From an uncultured Chloroflexia bacterium (GTDB lineage: Bacteria; Chloroflexota; Ktedonobacteria; Ktedonobacterales; JADMIN01): DNA of 32,000 nt. The stretch lies in contig CAVRAI010000013.1 in NCBI GenBank assembly GCA_963718915.1, positions 150,001 to 182,000 of the forward strand, read 5' to 3'. Every line of letters starts with the position of its first letter. Position 1 is the first letter of the stretch. The notes under the pieces were generated by a model. The model was given only the letters and a program-made list of their open reading frames with translations, was not told where the DNA came from and made no database searches. The position numbers and the translations under genes are program-made. Below are positions 8,321 to 16,217 of the stretch, one piece after another.

Positions 8321-11300
8321 TCAAAGCCGCACAATCTCCCATACGGGGCTGCCCGGCGGGCGAGAGACAATACGCTTGTCTCCATACAGAGTAACCTGTA
8401 CCACACTATCTTTCGGTGCAGTCCACGAAGGAGTCTGCTGCGAGCCTGCGCGTGAGGGGAGTGTGGCTTCGAAGTACCAGAAGAAGGTGCGAATGGCGCT
8501 TACCACCAGAAAAAGTAGCAGCAGCACCCGGCCAATCTGCTCCGGGGTCGTAAAAACGCGGACGCCATTCATACGATCAAGCACAATGGGCAGGTGACCC
8601 AGGAACGTGAAGATCTCATAGAGCGCTAACGCCGGGATGATACAGGTGGCTGGCAGAACGCTTGCCGCCTCGATAACGCCTGTCGAGGCTCCGATGGCGA
8701 TACTGGCGACCAGCGGCAGTGCCGTCAACAACAGGAGCGCCATGGCGGTCGGATTCTTCCAGCGCACCAGCAGAATGACCAGACCAATGATGAAGATTGG
8801 CGTGAGCAGCACTGGTATAATCGGCGATGAACCGACCGCCGGGTATCCAGATGTAAAGTCCTGTGAGATCAGGAGTCGCAGCACATCACCAATATTGTGC
8901 AGCACTTGTCCCCAAAAATCGAGCGAGAGTATGCCGGGGCCTGGGGTCGTCTGAACACTACTACGCGCGAGCAGGGGGCTGCCAGGCGGCAGTCCAACGC
9001 GCAAACTGAGGAAGTAGCCAATCGTCGGCAATCCTGAGACAAGGGCCATGCCTACCAGTACCGCCAGCTGCTGCCGCCAGTATTTGAAGAGATGTGGATG
9101 GCGCAGTCGCCACACCACCAGGAAGGTGAGCACAAGCATCGGCAGCAGCCAGAGGCCAGGAGCCAGATCGCAGGCCAGCCCGGTGCAGATGCCACAGCCC
9201 GCATAGAGCAGCAGTGCGCGTCGTCGCGTGCGTGTGTATTGCGCGTCCGCCTGCCCGCCTGGCTTAATCGCGGCAGCGGCTTGCCCGCTTAGGCGCAACG
9301 CTATCAGCAGCCAGAGCGTCGCGGTACACATGAGCAGCGGCAGCAGGATGACTTCCATCCCAGACCGGCTCAGCGAGACATGCCAGCGACTGGTGGCCGC
9401 GAGTAATGCCGAGAGCAGCGCTATGGTTGAGGCGCCCTTCCACTGCCCCTGGCGCAGAATTTCGCGCGCAAGCAGATAGATGACGTAAACCGTCAGCGTG
9501 CCGATCACCGCGGAGGGCAGCAGCGCCGCCAGCGGAGTCGGCCCAAAAACGTAGACCAGCGCTTTCTGGATGGCCACAAATGGCCCGTGCAATCCCTGCG
9601 GATCGGTGAGGACCAGTTTGAGATCGCTGCTGATTTCCTTGAGGGTGCTGATTTCCGCGCTTCCTGTTGGCAGCGGCGCAAGCAGATTGCCCAGACGAAG
9701 CAACCGAAGCATTGCGGCGACGATCAGCACCAAAATCAGCATCGCACGTTCCCAGAAGACCGTGTGCTGAGATAACCCCTCGCCCAGCGCGCCAGCGTAC
9801 CGGCGCACCACACTGAACCATCCCTGCTCATAAGGCGCAGCCCGTAGGAAGAGCAGCGGCGCGAAGGTGACCAGAATCTCGAAGAATTGCACGAAGAGAT
9901 CGCGGCTGGCATCCGACTCGCCAATCAGCAGGAAATTGCTCACCGCGTAGGTCAAGAGCGCACCCATCGCCAGCATGATGCCCTGCCTGCGGACAAACGG
10001 CTCGATGGCAAGTGGCGCCAGTGGCAGCAGCCAGATGACATACCAGGGCTGAAACCAGAATGTGATGAGCACCAGCGACGCGAACGTAATTTTCGCGCTG
10101 GCGGTTATGACATCGCGCAGATCGCTCTGGTCGCGCAGGGACCAGAGTCGCCGAATCTGGAAGAAAGCATAGAGGCCAAACAGTGAGTAAAATACCAGGC
10201 GCACGGTCTTATCAAGCGCTGGCCACTGGCTCGACGGCACGAGAACCTGAAGTGGAGCGGCGAGAATGCCGACGATGGAGCCGTTATAGTAAAGCGGTCG
10301 TAGCTGCTGGCCAAGCCCCGTGAAGGTAGCAAATCCATCCCAGTATGGCGCGTAAAAGACGACGACCATGATCAGCCCGATCACCGTGGCGCTCGCCAGC
10401 AAGCGGAACGCCGCACCCTTATCAATCTCGCCGACCGCCTGAATGGTTGCTCTAGTCGCGCGTGCGAAGACACTGCCTTCGCCTTTGTGCGCCTCCTCGC
10501 CATCGTCATTGAGGGTGGTTGGCGCGACGCCCCGTTTCGCGGCCAGATGCCGCAGTTCATACACCAGCCAGAGCGGCACAAAGACGGCTGACACATACTT
10601 GACCAGCGCGCCAAGTACCAGCAGCATGAACGCCGTCCGCGCGCGTCCGTGGAGCATGCAGAGAAACGCACCCAGCACGCAGACCATCATCACAATGTCA
10701 TTGTGGCCGTTCCCAATGGTCTCGAAGAGCAGTAGCGGACTCCATCCAAAGAGGACCAGAATACGCAGCCGACGCGCTGGGTAGAGACGACGCGCCAGCC
10801 AGTCTACCAGGATGAAGGCGGCAACCGCCGAGGCTGCCGCGATCACCTTGAAGATGAGCATGTTCAGGAAGAGATTCTCGCCAGAGACCAGCGACACCAA
10901 TGCCGTTATCAACAGCCAGACCGGGCCATAGGGCGCCTCTGGCCGATCAACACTCAGCCCTCCTGGGAGGAGTGAGGCCTTCGTCACCATGGGGTTGGCT
11001 TGAAAATGAACCTGAAGATAGCCTCGGGCGACATAGCCGTACAGGTCAGTCGTGGTGACTGGCTGCATCCAGATCATAATGAGAGCGAAGATGAGCGGGA
11101 ACCCAATCACGCTCCAGCGGACCAGGCGGTCGAGACGATCTCCGCCCGTTAACTGCTGTACCCGGCCAGCGGCGATCAGGGCAAAAAACTGCGAACCGAA
11201 CAGCAGAATAATCGCCAGCACGAATCCAAACGCGGCGATAGCGCTATAGCCGGTAATGCGCCCCATGTCATTGATGATATTTGGATTGTCGCTGGCATGC

Positions 11301-13072
11301 GGGTGACTCCACCAGAGTGTTAGGGGGAAGGCAGCTACCAGGCAGATGTAGACCAGCGTCGAGACCAGCCCACAGACCACGATGATGCGGAGCGGGGAGA
11401 CATCGGCAAGGGTATGGGCGAAGACGTCTTCTCCGCGCGGCGTAAAGCCTGGCAATGGCGGGGCATGCTGCCACCGCCGTCGCCACCGAACGGACAGTGC
11501 ACGGCGCGCCTTGGTAAATGCCACCCTGCGCGAGATGTGCTGTCGGGAGGCTTCAGCGGCTGGGACAGGCTCAGCGAGCACCGGCCAACGAACCATTGCC
11601 ACCGCCAGCACGCCAAAGACCGCCAGCCACGCGAGATTACGCCCGGTGAGAATCGCCACGGCCCATGGTTGCAGGTTGCGCAGCGCTGGCCAGATCATCG
11701 TCATGACTTGACCGAGCACCGCAACTGTAGCGGTTGTCGCGAGCAGCGCAACGGTGCTCCGGCGCGAGGGAAGCCGCACGCAGACCAGAAGTGGGATGAC
11801 CACCAGCAAATAGTGGGCGGGCAGCGCGAGAAACGACAGCATGAATGCCAGCAGAATCGCGCTGGAGCCTGCTATCAGCACGCGACCCCGTGCGATGGCA
11901 CGTTCGCCCGCACGGTCCGCTGACCCTGCGTCGATGGCGACTGCCTCATCGTTCGCCTCATCGGCGCCACCTGCTCGCGAGATGTTTGGTCGGCCAATGC
12001 GCCGGAAGGCAAGCCAGATAGCAACGTATGCTAGCGCCATCAAGACGAGCGCCATGACCATTGAGGTGGTGTCGGCATAGCCATCGAGCGCGGAGTGAAC
12101 GACCCGCGAGAGGTCAAGCGGCGAAAAGTCGGTGTGAACCGCCAGCCCGGGCAGCCAGCTGACCAGTAACTCGACGTTAGCGAAGAGACTCTCGATCTCG
12201 ATACCTCGACGCGCCTGATAGAGAATGGTCTCACGGATAGCGTTCCACCCCGCGCTGGCGAAGATGAGCAACGTCCACGCGGCCAGTGTGGCGCCAAACC
12301 ACACTACTCCGGTGGCCATGCGTCGCCACACACGCGGTATCGCCGCTTTGAGCGTGGGCGCGTCCGCCTGATAGACGAGATAGACGAGAAAGACGGGAAC
12401 CAGTAAGATCGGGAACCCTTTAATAAGCGTCGCCAGCCCCAGGGTGATGAAGGCAATAGCCGTCTGCCGATTTATCAGGGCAAGAATGGCTGCGAGACAG
12501 AGGGTTCCCGCCACGAGATCGAACTTCTGGAGCAACGCGCCGCTGGCAAAGACGAGCAGGAGATAGAGCAGGCCTGACTTCATCCCGTAACGGTCGCCGG
12601 GAATCAGCCGACGAGCCACCGCACGCACCAGCACTAGCGTCAGCAGATCGATCAGCAGCATCTCGATGCCAAAACTCAGGCCGTAGACGCTGTAGCGCTG
12701 CGGATCGGGCATTGGCAGCGCGGTTGGCGAGGCGACAAAGGCCAGATCGGGCCGGGGCGCAATCGCAGAGAATGGCAGGAGCGCCAGCGCTGGCGCCAGC
12801 AACAGCGCCATCGCCACCGGTGGATACTCGACCGGAAAATCGCGATAGGGCAGTTTCCCCACGGCGAATTCGCCAGCATATTTATAGAACTGTGGATCGC
12901 TGTAGTGCGCCCCGATAATCATGCCGAGCAGCAGCAGCAGGCGGGTAACCAGCCAGACCACCAGCAAGACGCGATCAGCCAGCACTGGTGACGTTGCCGA
13001 CACATCGAACCTGGCGCTCAGCCAACGCCACCAGCGCCGTCCCCGCAGCCGCATCGCAGATATCCTACTCAT
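8321..13072 (-). CDS. Giant polytopic membrane protein: apparent fusion of three GT-C-fold glycosyltransferase modules (GT87/DUF2029-like, MptB-like, ArnT/PMT_2-like)
   Basis: One uninterrupted ORF of about 1583 aa with dozens of TM helices.
- Module 1 has LPYRDFPVEYPP (about 12820-12855), typical of DUF2029/GT87.
- Module 2 has TTDLYGYVARG ... APYGPVW ... IGNGHNDIVM (about 10697-10717), as in polyprenol-phosphate mannosyltransferases of the MptB type.
- Module 3 (FGPTPLAALLPSAVIGTLTVYVIYLLAREIL...) resembles ArnT/PMT_2.
The start is set at ATG 13072, which overlaps the upstream stop as ATGAGTAG. Confidence 0.8.
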   Translation of the reverse strand: MSRISAMRLRGRRWWRWLSARFDVSATSPVLADRVLLVVWLVTRLLLLLGMIIGAHYSDPQFYKYAGEFAVGKLPYRDFPVEYPPVAMALLLAPALALLPFSAIAPRPDLAFVASPTALPMPDPQRYSVYGLSFGIEMLLIDLLTLVLVRAVARRLIPGDRYGMKSGLLYLLLVFASGALLQKFDLVAGTLCLAAILALINRQTAIAFITLGLATLIKGFPILLVPVFLVYLVYQADAPTLKAAIPRVWRRMATGVVWFGATLAAWTLLIFASAGWNAIRETILYQARRGIEIESLFANVELLVSWLPGLAVHTDFSPLDLSRVVHSALDGYADTTSMVMALVLMALAYVAIWLAFRRIGRPNISRAGGADEANDEAVAIDAGSADRAGERAIARGRVLIAGSSAILLAFMLSFLALPAHYLLVVIPLLVCVRLPSRRSTVALLATTATVAVLGQVMTMIWPALRNLQPWAVAILTGRNLAWLAVFGVLAVAMVRWPVLAEPVPAAEASRQHISRRVAFTKARRALSVRWRRRWQHAPPLPGFTPRGEDVFAHTLADVSPLRIIVVCGLVSTLVYICLVAAFPLTLWWSHPHASDNPNIINDMGRITGYSAIAAFGFVLAIILLFGSQFFALIAAGRVQQLTGGDRLDRLVRWSVIGFPLIFALIMIWMQPVTTTDLYGYVARGYLQVHFQANPMVTKASLLPGGLSVDRPEAPYGPVWLLITALVSLVSGENLFLNMLIFKVIAAASAVAAFILVDWLARRLYPARRLRILVLFGWSPLLLFETIGNGHNDIVMMVCVLGAFLCMLHGRARTAFMLLVLGALVKYVSAVFVPLWLVYELRHLAAKRGVAPTTLNDDGEEAHKGEGSVFARATRATIQAVGEIDKGAAFRLLASATVIGLIMVVVFYAPYWDGFATFTGLGQQLRPLYYNGSIVGILAAPLQVLVPSSQWPALDKTVRLVFYSLFGLYAFFQIRRLWSLRDQSDLRDVITASAKITFASLVLITFWFQPWYVIWLLPLAPLAIEPFVRRQGIMLAMGALLTYAVSNFLLIGESDASRDLFVQFFEILVTFAPLLFLRAAPYEQGWFSVVRRYAGALGEGLSQHTVFWERAMLILVLIVAAMLRLLRLGNLLAPLPTGSAEISTLKEISSDLKLVLTDPQGLHGPFVAIQKALVYVFGPTPLAALLPSAVIGTLTVYVIYLLAREILRQGQWKGASTIALLSALLAATSRWHVSLSRSGMEVILLPLLMCTATLWLLIALRLSGQAAAAIKPGGQADAQYTRTRRRALLLYAGCGICTGLACDLAPGLWLLPMLVLTFLVVWRLRHPHLFKYWRQQLAVLVGMALVSGLPTIGYFLSLRVGLPPGSPLLARSSVQTTPGPGILSLDFWGQVLHNIGDVLRLLISQDFTSGYPAVGSSPIIPVLLTPIFIIGLVILLVRWKNPTAMALLLLTALPLVASIAIGASTGVIEAASVLPATCIIPALALYEIFTFLGHLPIVLDRMNGVRVFTTPEQIGRVLLLLFLVVSAIRTFFWYFEATLPSRAGSQQTPSWTAPKDSVVQVTLYGDKRIVSRPPGSPVWEIVRL

Positions 13073-14558
13073 GGCGCACCGCCTCACGCGCCTCTTCTCC
13101 CCCGGTCGGTGTCACGAGAGCGCCGTCGGACAGGCGTACGAGCTTATCGCGCGACCCCTCGGCCGCTTCATCCGAGAGGGCGAGCGCCAGGGCGGGCAGC
13201 GTAACAAAGTAGAAGTAGGTTGTGAGGCTGCGCCATGCGAACCACAGCGGCGTCACCGCAAGCACAAATCCGAGACCCGTGCTGGGTCGCGGCTGGCGCC
13301 AGTAGACGATAAGACAGGCGCCGATTACCAGCACCTCTAGCGCGAGGTAGACGGGCGCGGGAGCCAACGGCAGTACACCCGCGAGCGAGAGGCGGACCAG
13401 ACCATTGCCGAGCGGGAACATCGGGTCGATCTGCGGCGCGAGCACGCCACGCGCCCACGCAGCAGGGTTGTTTACGACGAACGGCGCATTGATAATCGCA
13501 AAGACTGCCACACCGCCCACCAACCGCCGTACCGCCGCGCGCGCGCCAGAGCGACGCCAGACAAGCAGGAGATAGAACGGCGCGAAGAACCATGCCAGTT
13601 GCTTCGCGGCGAGCGCCAGCCCGAACGCCACGGTTGAGACCACAGGGCGACGCCACCAGCGCCAGGCAATGAATAACAGCAGGATGTAGAAGACGTCCAG
13701 GTCGCCGACCAGCGCCGCGTTGAGGAGTGGCGTATCGGCCAGCACAAGCAGCGCCAACCATACCCTGCAGTCAGGTGGTACCGAGCGTATCATCAGGATC
13801 GCCAGCGTCAGCAGGCAGAGCGCGAAAAAGAGCACGACACTCGGCAGCCCTGCCCAGACGAACGGCGCCAGGGGCAAAAAGGCCAGCGCAGGATAGCTGA
13901 CACGCGACTCGAACGCGCTCACGGCGTCGGGGTTGCCAACCGGCTGCTGGGCAAACACGGCCCGCAGCTCATCTTTCGACGGATAATCCGTCGGCGGTGT
14001 GCTGGCGAACGCGCCCTGCCGGAGCGGCGTAATGTTCGCGGGGTCTTGGTGGAGTGCGCGCATCGCTGCCACGATATCGGACGTGACGTAGGGGTTATGC
14101 CCGTCGAGCAGTTGCTGCGCCGCGTAGTGGTCGAGCGTGGTGCCGTCGTTGGCGTATTGGGGTGAGGAGAAGCTGGCGACGATAACCCTGGCGCTCTGGA
14201 AGATGCCCAGCGGCGCGACGAGCAATGTCAGGCAGAGGGCGGCAATCTGAACCTGGCGCCGATAGGGCCAGCGCCAGCGCGGCGGATTGACGCCCACAGC
14301 GGCCAACAGCAGCACGAGCGAGGCGGCCAGCGTGAGAAAGACGAGGATCCCGGTCAGGGTCGCGCCCAGCGCATGGGTGACGGGGTCGCGTGGTAGTTCC
14401 AGGAGATTCTGAAGCGCCAGCGCCAGTGCGACCAGCGTCAGACGCGCCGCGGTAGTCTGCCGGGGAACGACAATCCATTGTCGCGCCCAGCGGGCGAACG
14501 CGCCTGACTCGGTTGCCGCTCCCATCGACTCGGGCTGAGTACCCATGGGTTTACCCAT
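13065..14558 (-). CDS. GT-C-fold membrane glycosyltransferase (DUF2029/GT87-like)
   Basis: 497-aa polytopic ORF. It has a periplasmic-loop segment LLDGHNPYVTSDI ... SYPALAFLPLAPF, and later TM helices resemble GT87-type proteins. Its stop overlaps the start of the giant GT-C gene by 8 nt, suggesting translational coupling. Confidence 0.75.
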   Translation of the reverse strand: MGKPMGTQPESMGAATESGAFARWARQWIVVPRQTTAARLTLVALALALQNLLELPRDPVTHALGATLTGILVFLTLAASLVLLLAAVGVNPPRWRWPYRRQVQIAALCLTLLVAPLGIFQSARVIVASFSSPQYANDGTTLDHYAAQQLLDGHNPYVTSDIVAAMRALHQDPANITPLRQGAFASTPPTDYPSKDELRAVFAQQPVGNPDAVSAFESRVSYPALAFLPLAPFVWAGLPSVVLFFALCLLTLAILMIRSVPPDCRVWLALLVLADTPLLNAALVGDLDVFYILLLFIAWRWWRRPVVSTVAFGLALAAKQLAWFFAPFYLLLVWRRSGARAAVRRLVGGVAVFAIINAPFVVNNPAAWARGVLAPQIDPMFPLGNGLVRLSLAGVLPLAPAPVYLALEVLVIGACLIVYWRQPRPSTGLGFVLAVTPLWFAWRSLTTYFYFVTLPALALALSDEAAEGSRDKLVRLSDGALVTPTGGEEAREAVRHE

Positions 14559-14576
14559 AGTGGTGCAAACTCGGTC

Positions 14577-14960
14577 GCCCGCACGGGCTACGCTTGACAG
14601 ATGAACGCTTACCTGCTATACCAGCCTCATGCGCACGGGCGATGAACCCGTGTTTGGTGGCTTTCGGGCCAGTGCTCTTGGCACAATCGAATGTTCGTGG
14701 CGTTGCCGGGAGGAAGCCGTCCCGGTGTAAAACATTCACGGTTGCATCCCCCTTCCACGTATCTGGGAGCCTTAGCCCCCAGTAGTTCCGGTGGACACCC
14801 GGCAAGTAGCTCGGTGGAGTTCGCTCCGCCGAGAAGCCCCTAGCTTCAGCCGTGGGGAGTGTCACAGAGGTCGTCGTGCTCATGCCTTCTCCCGGCGCCT
14901 GGTCTGCCCGCCTCATCATGAGAGACCGTACGAAACTGCGCCGACTGCAACCAGCCATGG
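14577..14960. ncRNA. Candidate structured RNA / long 5' leader of the GT-C operon (unclassified; strand unresolved, most simply the minus-strand leader)
   Basis: This is the core of a 538-bp gap (14559-15096) without a convincing CDS. Local helices seen:
- 14810-14833: 10 bp with a tetraloop
- 14788-14802: CCGG/CCGG
- 14766-14781: GGGAGC/GCCCCC
- 14706-14725: CCGGGA/TCCCGG
- 14630-14648: CACGGG/CCCGTG
- 14671-14683: GTGC/GCAC
- 14577-14588
- GAATGTT (14689-14695) pairs with AACATTC (14731-14737), while the enclosed CGTGG (14696-14700) can pair with CCACG (14755-14759) outside it, which is pseudoknot-like. Confidence 0.35.
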
Positions 14961-15096
14961 CGACATCTGAGGCCAGCCACGGCCGCGAAGCTCACACAGT
15001 GATGACGCCTACTATAACGCCTCTACGCGATCAATCGTTCCTGAGTATCCACATCCAGTACTTCGTGATAGTGACGAGCGCTGCGAACTGTCTGAC

Positions 15097-15282
15097 TCAG
15101 GGCGCCTGGCGAAACGGCAGCATAATAATCGCGCCAAACGCCGCTACTGCTGGCACCGCATAGAGCAGCGCCTGGATGACATCATCCCGCGAGTTCGCGT
15201 GCAGAAACATCGTGAAGCTGGCAACGGCAAACCCCACACCGATTGCAAAGAGCAGAATGGTGCTGAGCATTCGCTTCGACAT
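15097..15282 (-). CDS. Small two-TM membrane protein (61 aa), unknown function
   Basis: MSKRMLSTILLFAIGVGFAVASFTMFLHANSRDDVIQALLYAVPAVAAFGAIIMLPFRQAP has two clear hydrophobic helices. A GAGAAGG Shine-Dalgarno-like element precedes the ATG at 15282. The longer ORF-track version adds an implausible N-terminus. Confidence 0.45.
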   Translation of the reverse strand: MSKRMLSTILLFAIGVGFAVASFTMFLHANSRDDVIQALLYAVPAVAAFGAIIMLPFRQAP

Positions 15283-15461
15283 GATCGCCTTCTCTACCTG
15301 CTGTATATATGAATCTTCCGAATATTCCCACAACAGTGGCCATATGCGCCGCCAGATTATACCATGTCTGCGGTTATGCGCACCATGCGCTATGACCAGA
15401 AAGTTGCCCAAACAGCTGGCGTGTCATTCCCAAAACACCCCCGCGCCCGTTATCGTCTTGT

Positions 15462-15475
15462 CTGAGGATCCTCAG
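15462..15475. promoter_or_regulatory. 14-bp perfect palindrome CTGAGGATCCTCAG in a divergent intergenic region (possible operator)
   Basis: Read directly from the sequence. It lies between the divergently oriented small TM gene and the lipoprotein gene, 45 nt upstream of the lipoprotein start. Confidence 0.25.
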
Positions 15476-15519
15476 CGTTCGAGCCGCTGATTCCGATATA
15501 TCGTTCATAGGAGGCCTGC

Positions 15520-16017
15520 TTGAAGCACTTGGTAAGGAGATATTTTCCGCTTCTTCTTTGTAGCTTGTTCATGCTGAGTATTCTGGCGGGCTGCAAAACA
15601 CTCACAGCAAACATTGCGCTGCCAACTGCGACGAAGGCAGCCGTAGCCATCACACTGCAGAATCTTGAATTTGATACGAGCGAGCCGCTTGGTATCCTCG
15701 TCAAGAACACTGGTTCAGCCGACGTCTATGCCCTCGATGGGCTTTCTGGTTGCACCGTCCTACAGTTGCAGCAATATGATTCCGACAAGAAGGCCTGGGT
15801 TGCGGCTGACCGATGTCATGAGACGATTCAGCCGCGCGTGTTGTTGATTCGCGCGGGGATGAGCGAACCGTTTACGCTCGCGCCCAACTCTCCCGGCGAT
15901 CCGAACGCCTGGGCGTCGGGCACGTATCGTATCGCGCTCACGTTCACAACGCAGTCGAATGGCGCATCTTCGACGCAGGTGGCTTTTTCGCCGGGCTTCA
16001 CCATCTCAGGTTCCTGA
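15520..16017 (+). CDS. Putative secreted lipoprotein (signal peptide with lipobox LAGC), beta-rich mature domain
   Basis: TTG start at 15520 with a TAGGAGG Shine-Dalgarno 5 nt upstream. The N-terminus MKHLVRRYFPLLLCSLFMLSILAGCKT is a classic type II signal peptide. I recognise no family. Confidence 0.7.
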   Translation: MKHLVRRYFPLLLCSLFMLSILAGCKTLTANIALPTATKAAVAITLQNLEFDTSEPLGILVKNTGSADVYALDGLSGCTVLQLQQYDSDKKAWVAADRCHETIQPRVLLIRAGMSEPFTLAPNSPGDPNAWASGTYRIALTFTTQSNGASSTQVAFSPGFTISGS

Positions 16018-16095
16018 GCCGATGGGCAAGCCGGCCGGAGCGAAATGAACTTTGATGGTTTAGACCGAACACCAGTATAACGGCGGGCGAGCAGA

Positions 16096-16137
16096 CCGTA
16101 GCATAAATGCTACGGCGAATTACCCGGATCATTCGCC
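16096..16137. promoter_or_regulatory. Two adjacent inverted repeats between the lipoprotein and dehydrogenase genes (terminator-like or operator)
   Basis: CCGTAGCATAAATGCTACGG (16096-16115) is a perfect 20-bp palindrome. It is followed immediately by GGCGAAT-N10-ATTCGCC (16114-16137). There is no U-tract after either. Confidence 0.3.
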
Positions 16138-16217
16138 GGCAGGCTCACAACGGTAAACTTCCCTCCAACATACTGTTCCAAAACGACATCAGAATCATTC
16201 AATTCATGGAGCGACAT

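Noticed and set aside
9264-9821. Alternative-frame ORFs inside the giant GT-C gene (for example 9264-9821, 11414-11923, 12921-13340) that might indicate the giant ORF is really several genes.
   Set aside because: The main frame is uninterrupted, strongly hydrophobic with regular TM periodicity, and carries the GT-C motifs. The alternative frames give Arg/Gly/Ala-rich, low-complexity peptides.
14551-14958. 135-aa minus-strand ORF filling the leader upstream of the GT87-like gene. Its stop overlaps that gene's ATG (ATGGGTAA), which looks like translational coupling.
   Set aside because: It has no Shine-Dalgarno at its ATG. It uses many codons ending in A/T and several rare ones (TTA, ATA, CTA, AGG), unlike neighbouring genes. 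Its composition is Arg/Ser/Thr/Gly/Pro-rich with no recognisable fold, and the DNA is packed with hairpins. I keep it only as an alternative to the structured-RNA reading.
14559-15096. Assigning the structured region to a known RNA family (RNase P, tmRNA, SRP/4.5S, 6S, or the cobalamin, TPP, c-di-GMP-I, c-di-AMP, ZTP and yybP riboswitches).
   Set aside because: I found none of the diagnostic cores on either strand: GAGGAAAGUCCGGGC and ACAGAAnCCGGCUUA for RNase P; a GGGG...UUCGAC 5' end with a tRNA-like T-arm and CCA 3' end for tmRNA; GGAAGCAGC helix 8 for SRP; the GCCACUG B12 box; CUGAGA...ACCUGA for TPP. Only short, unconvincing partial resemblances were seen.
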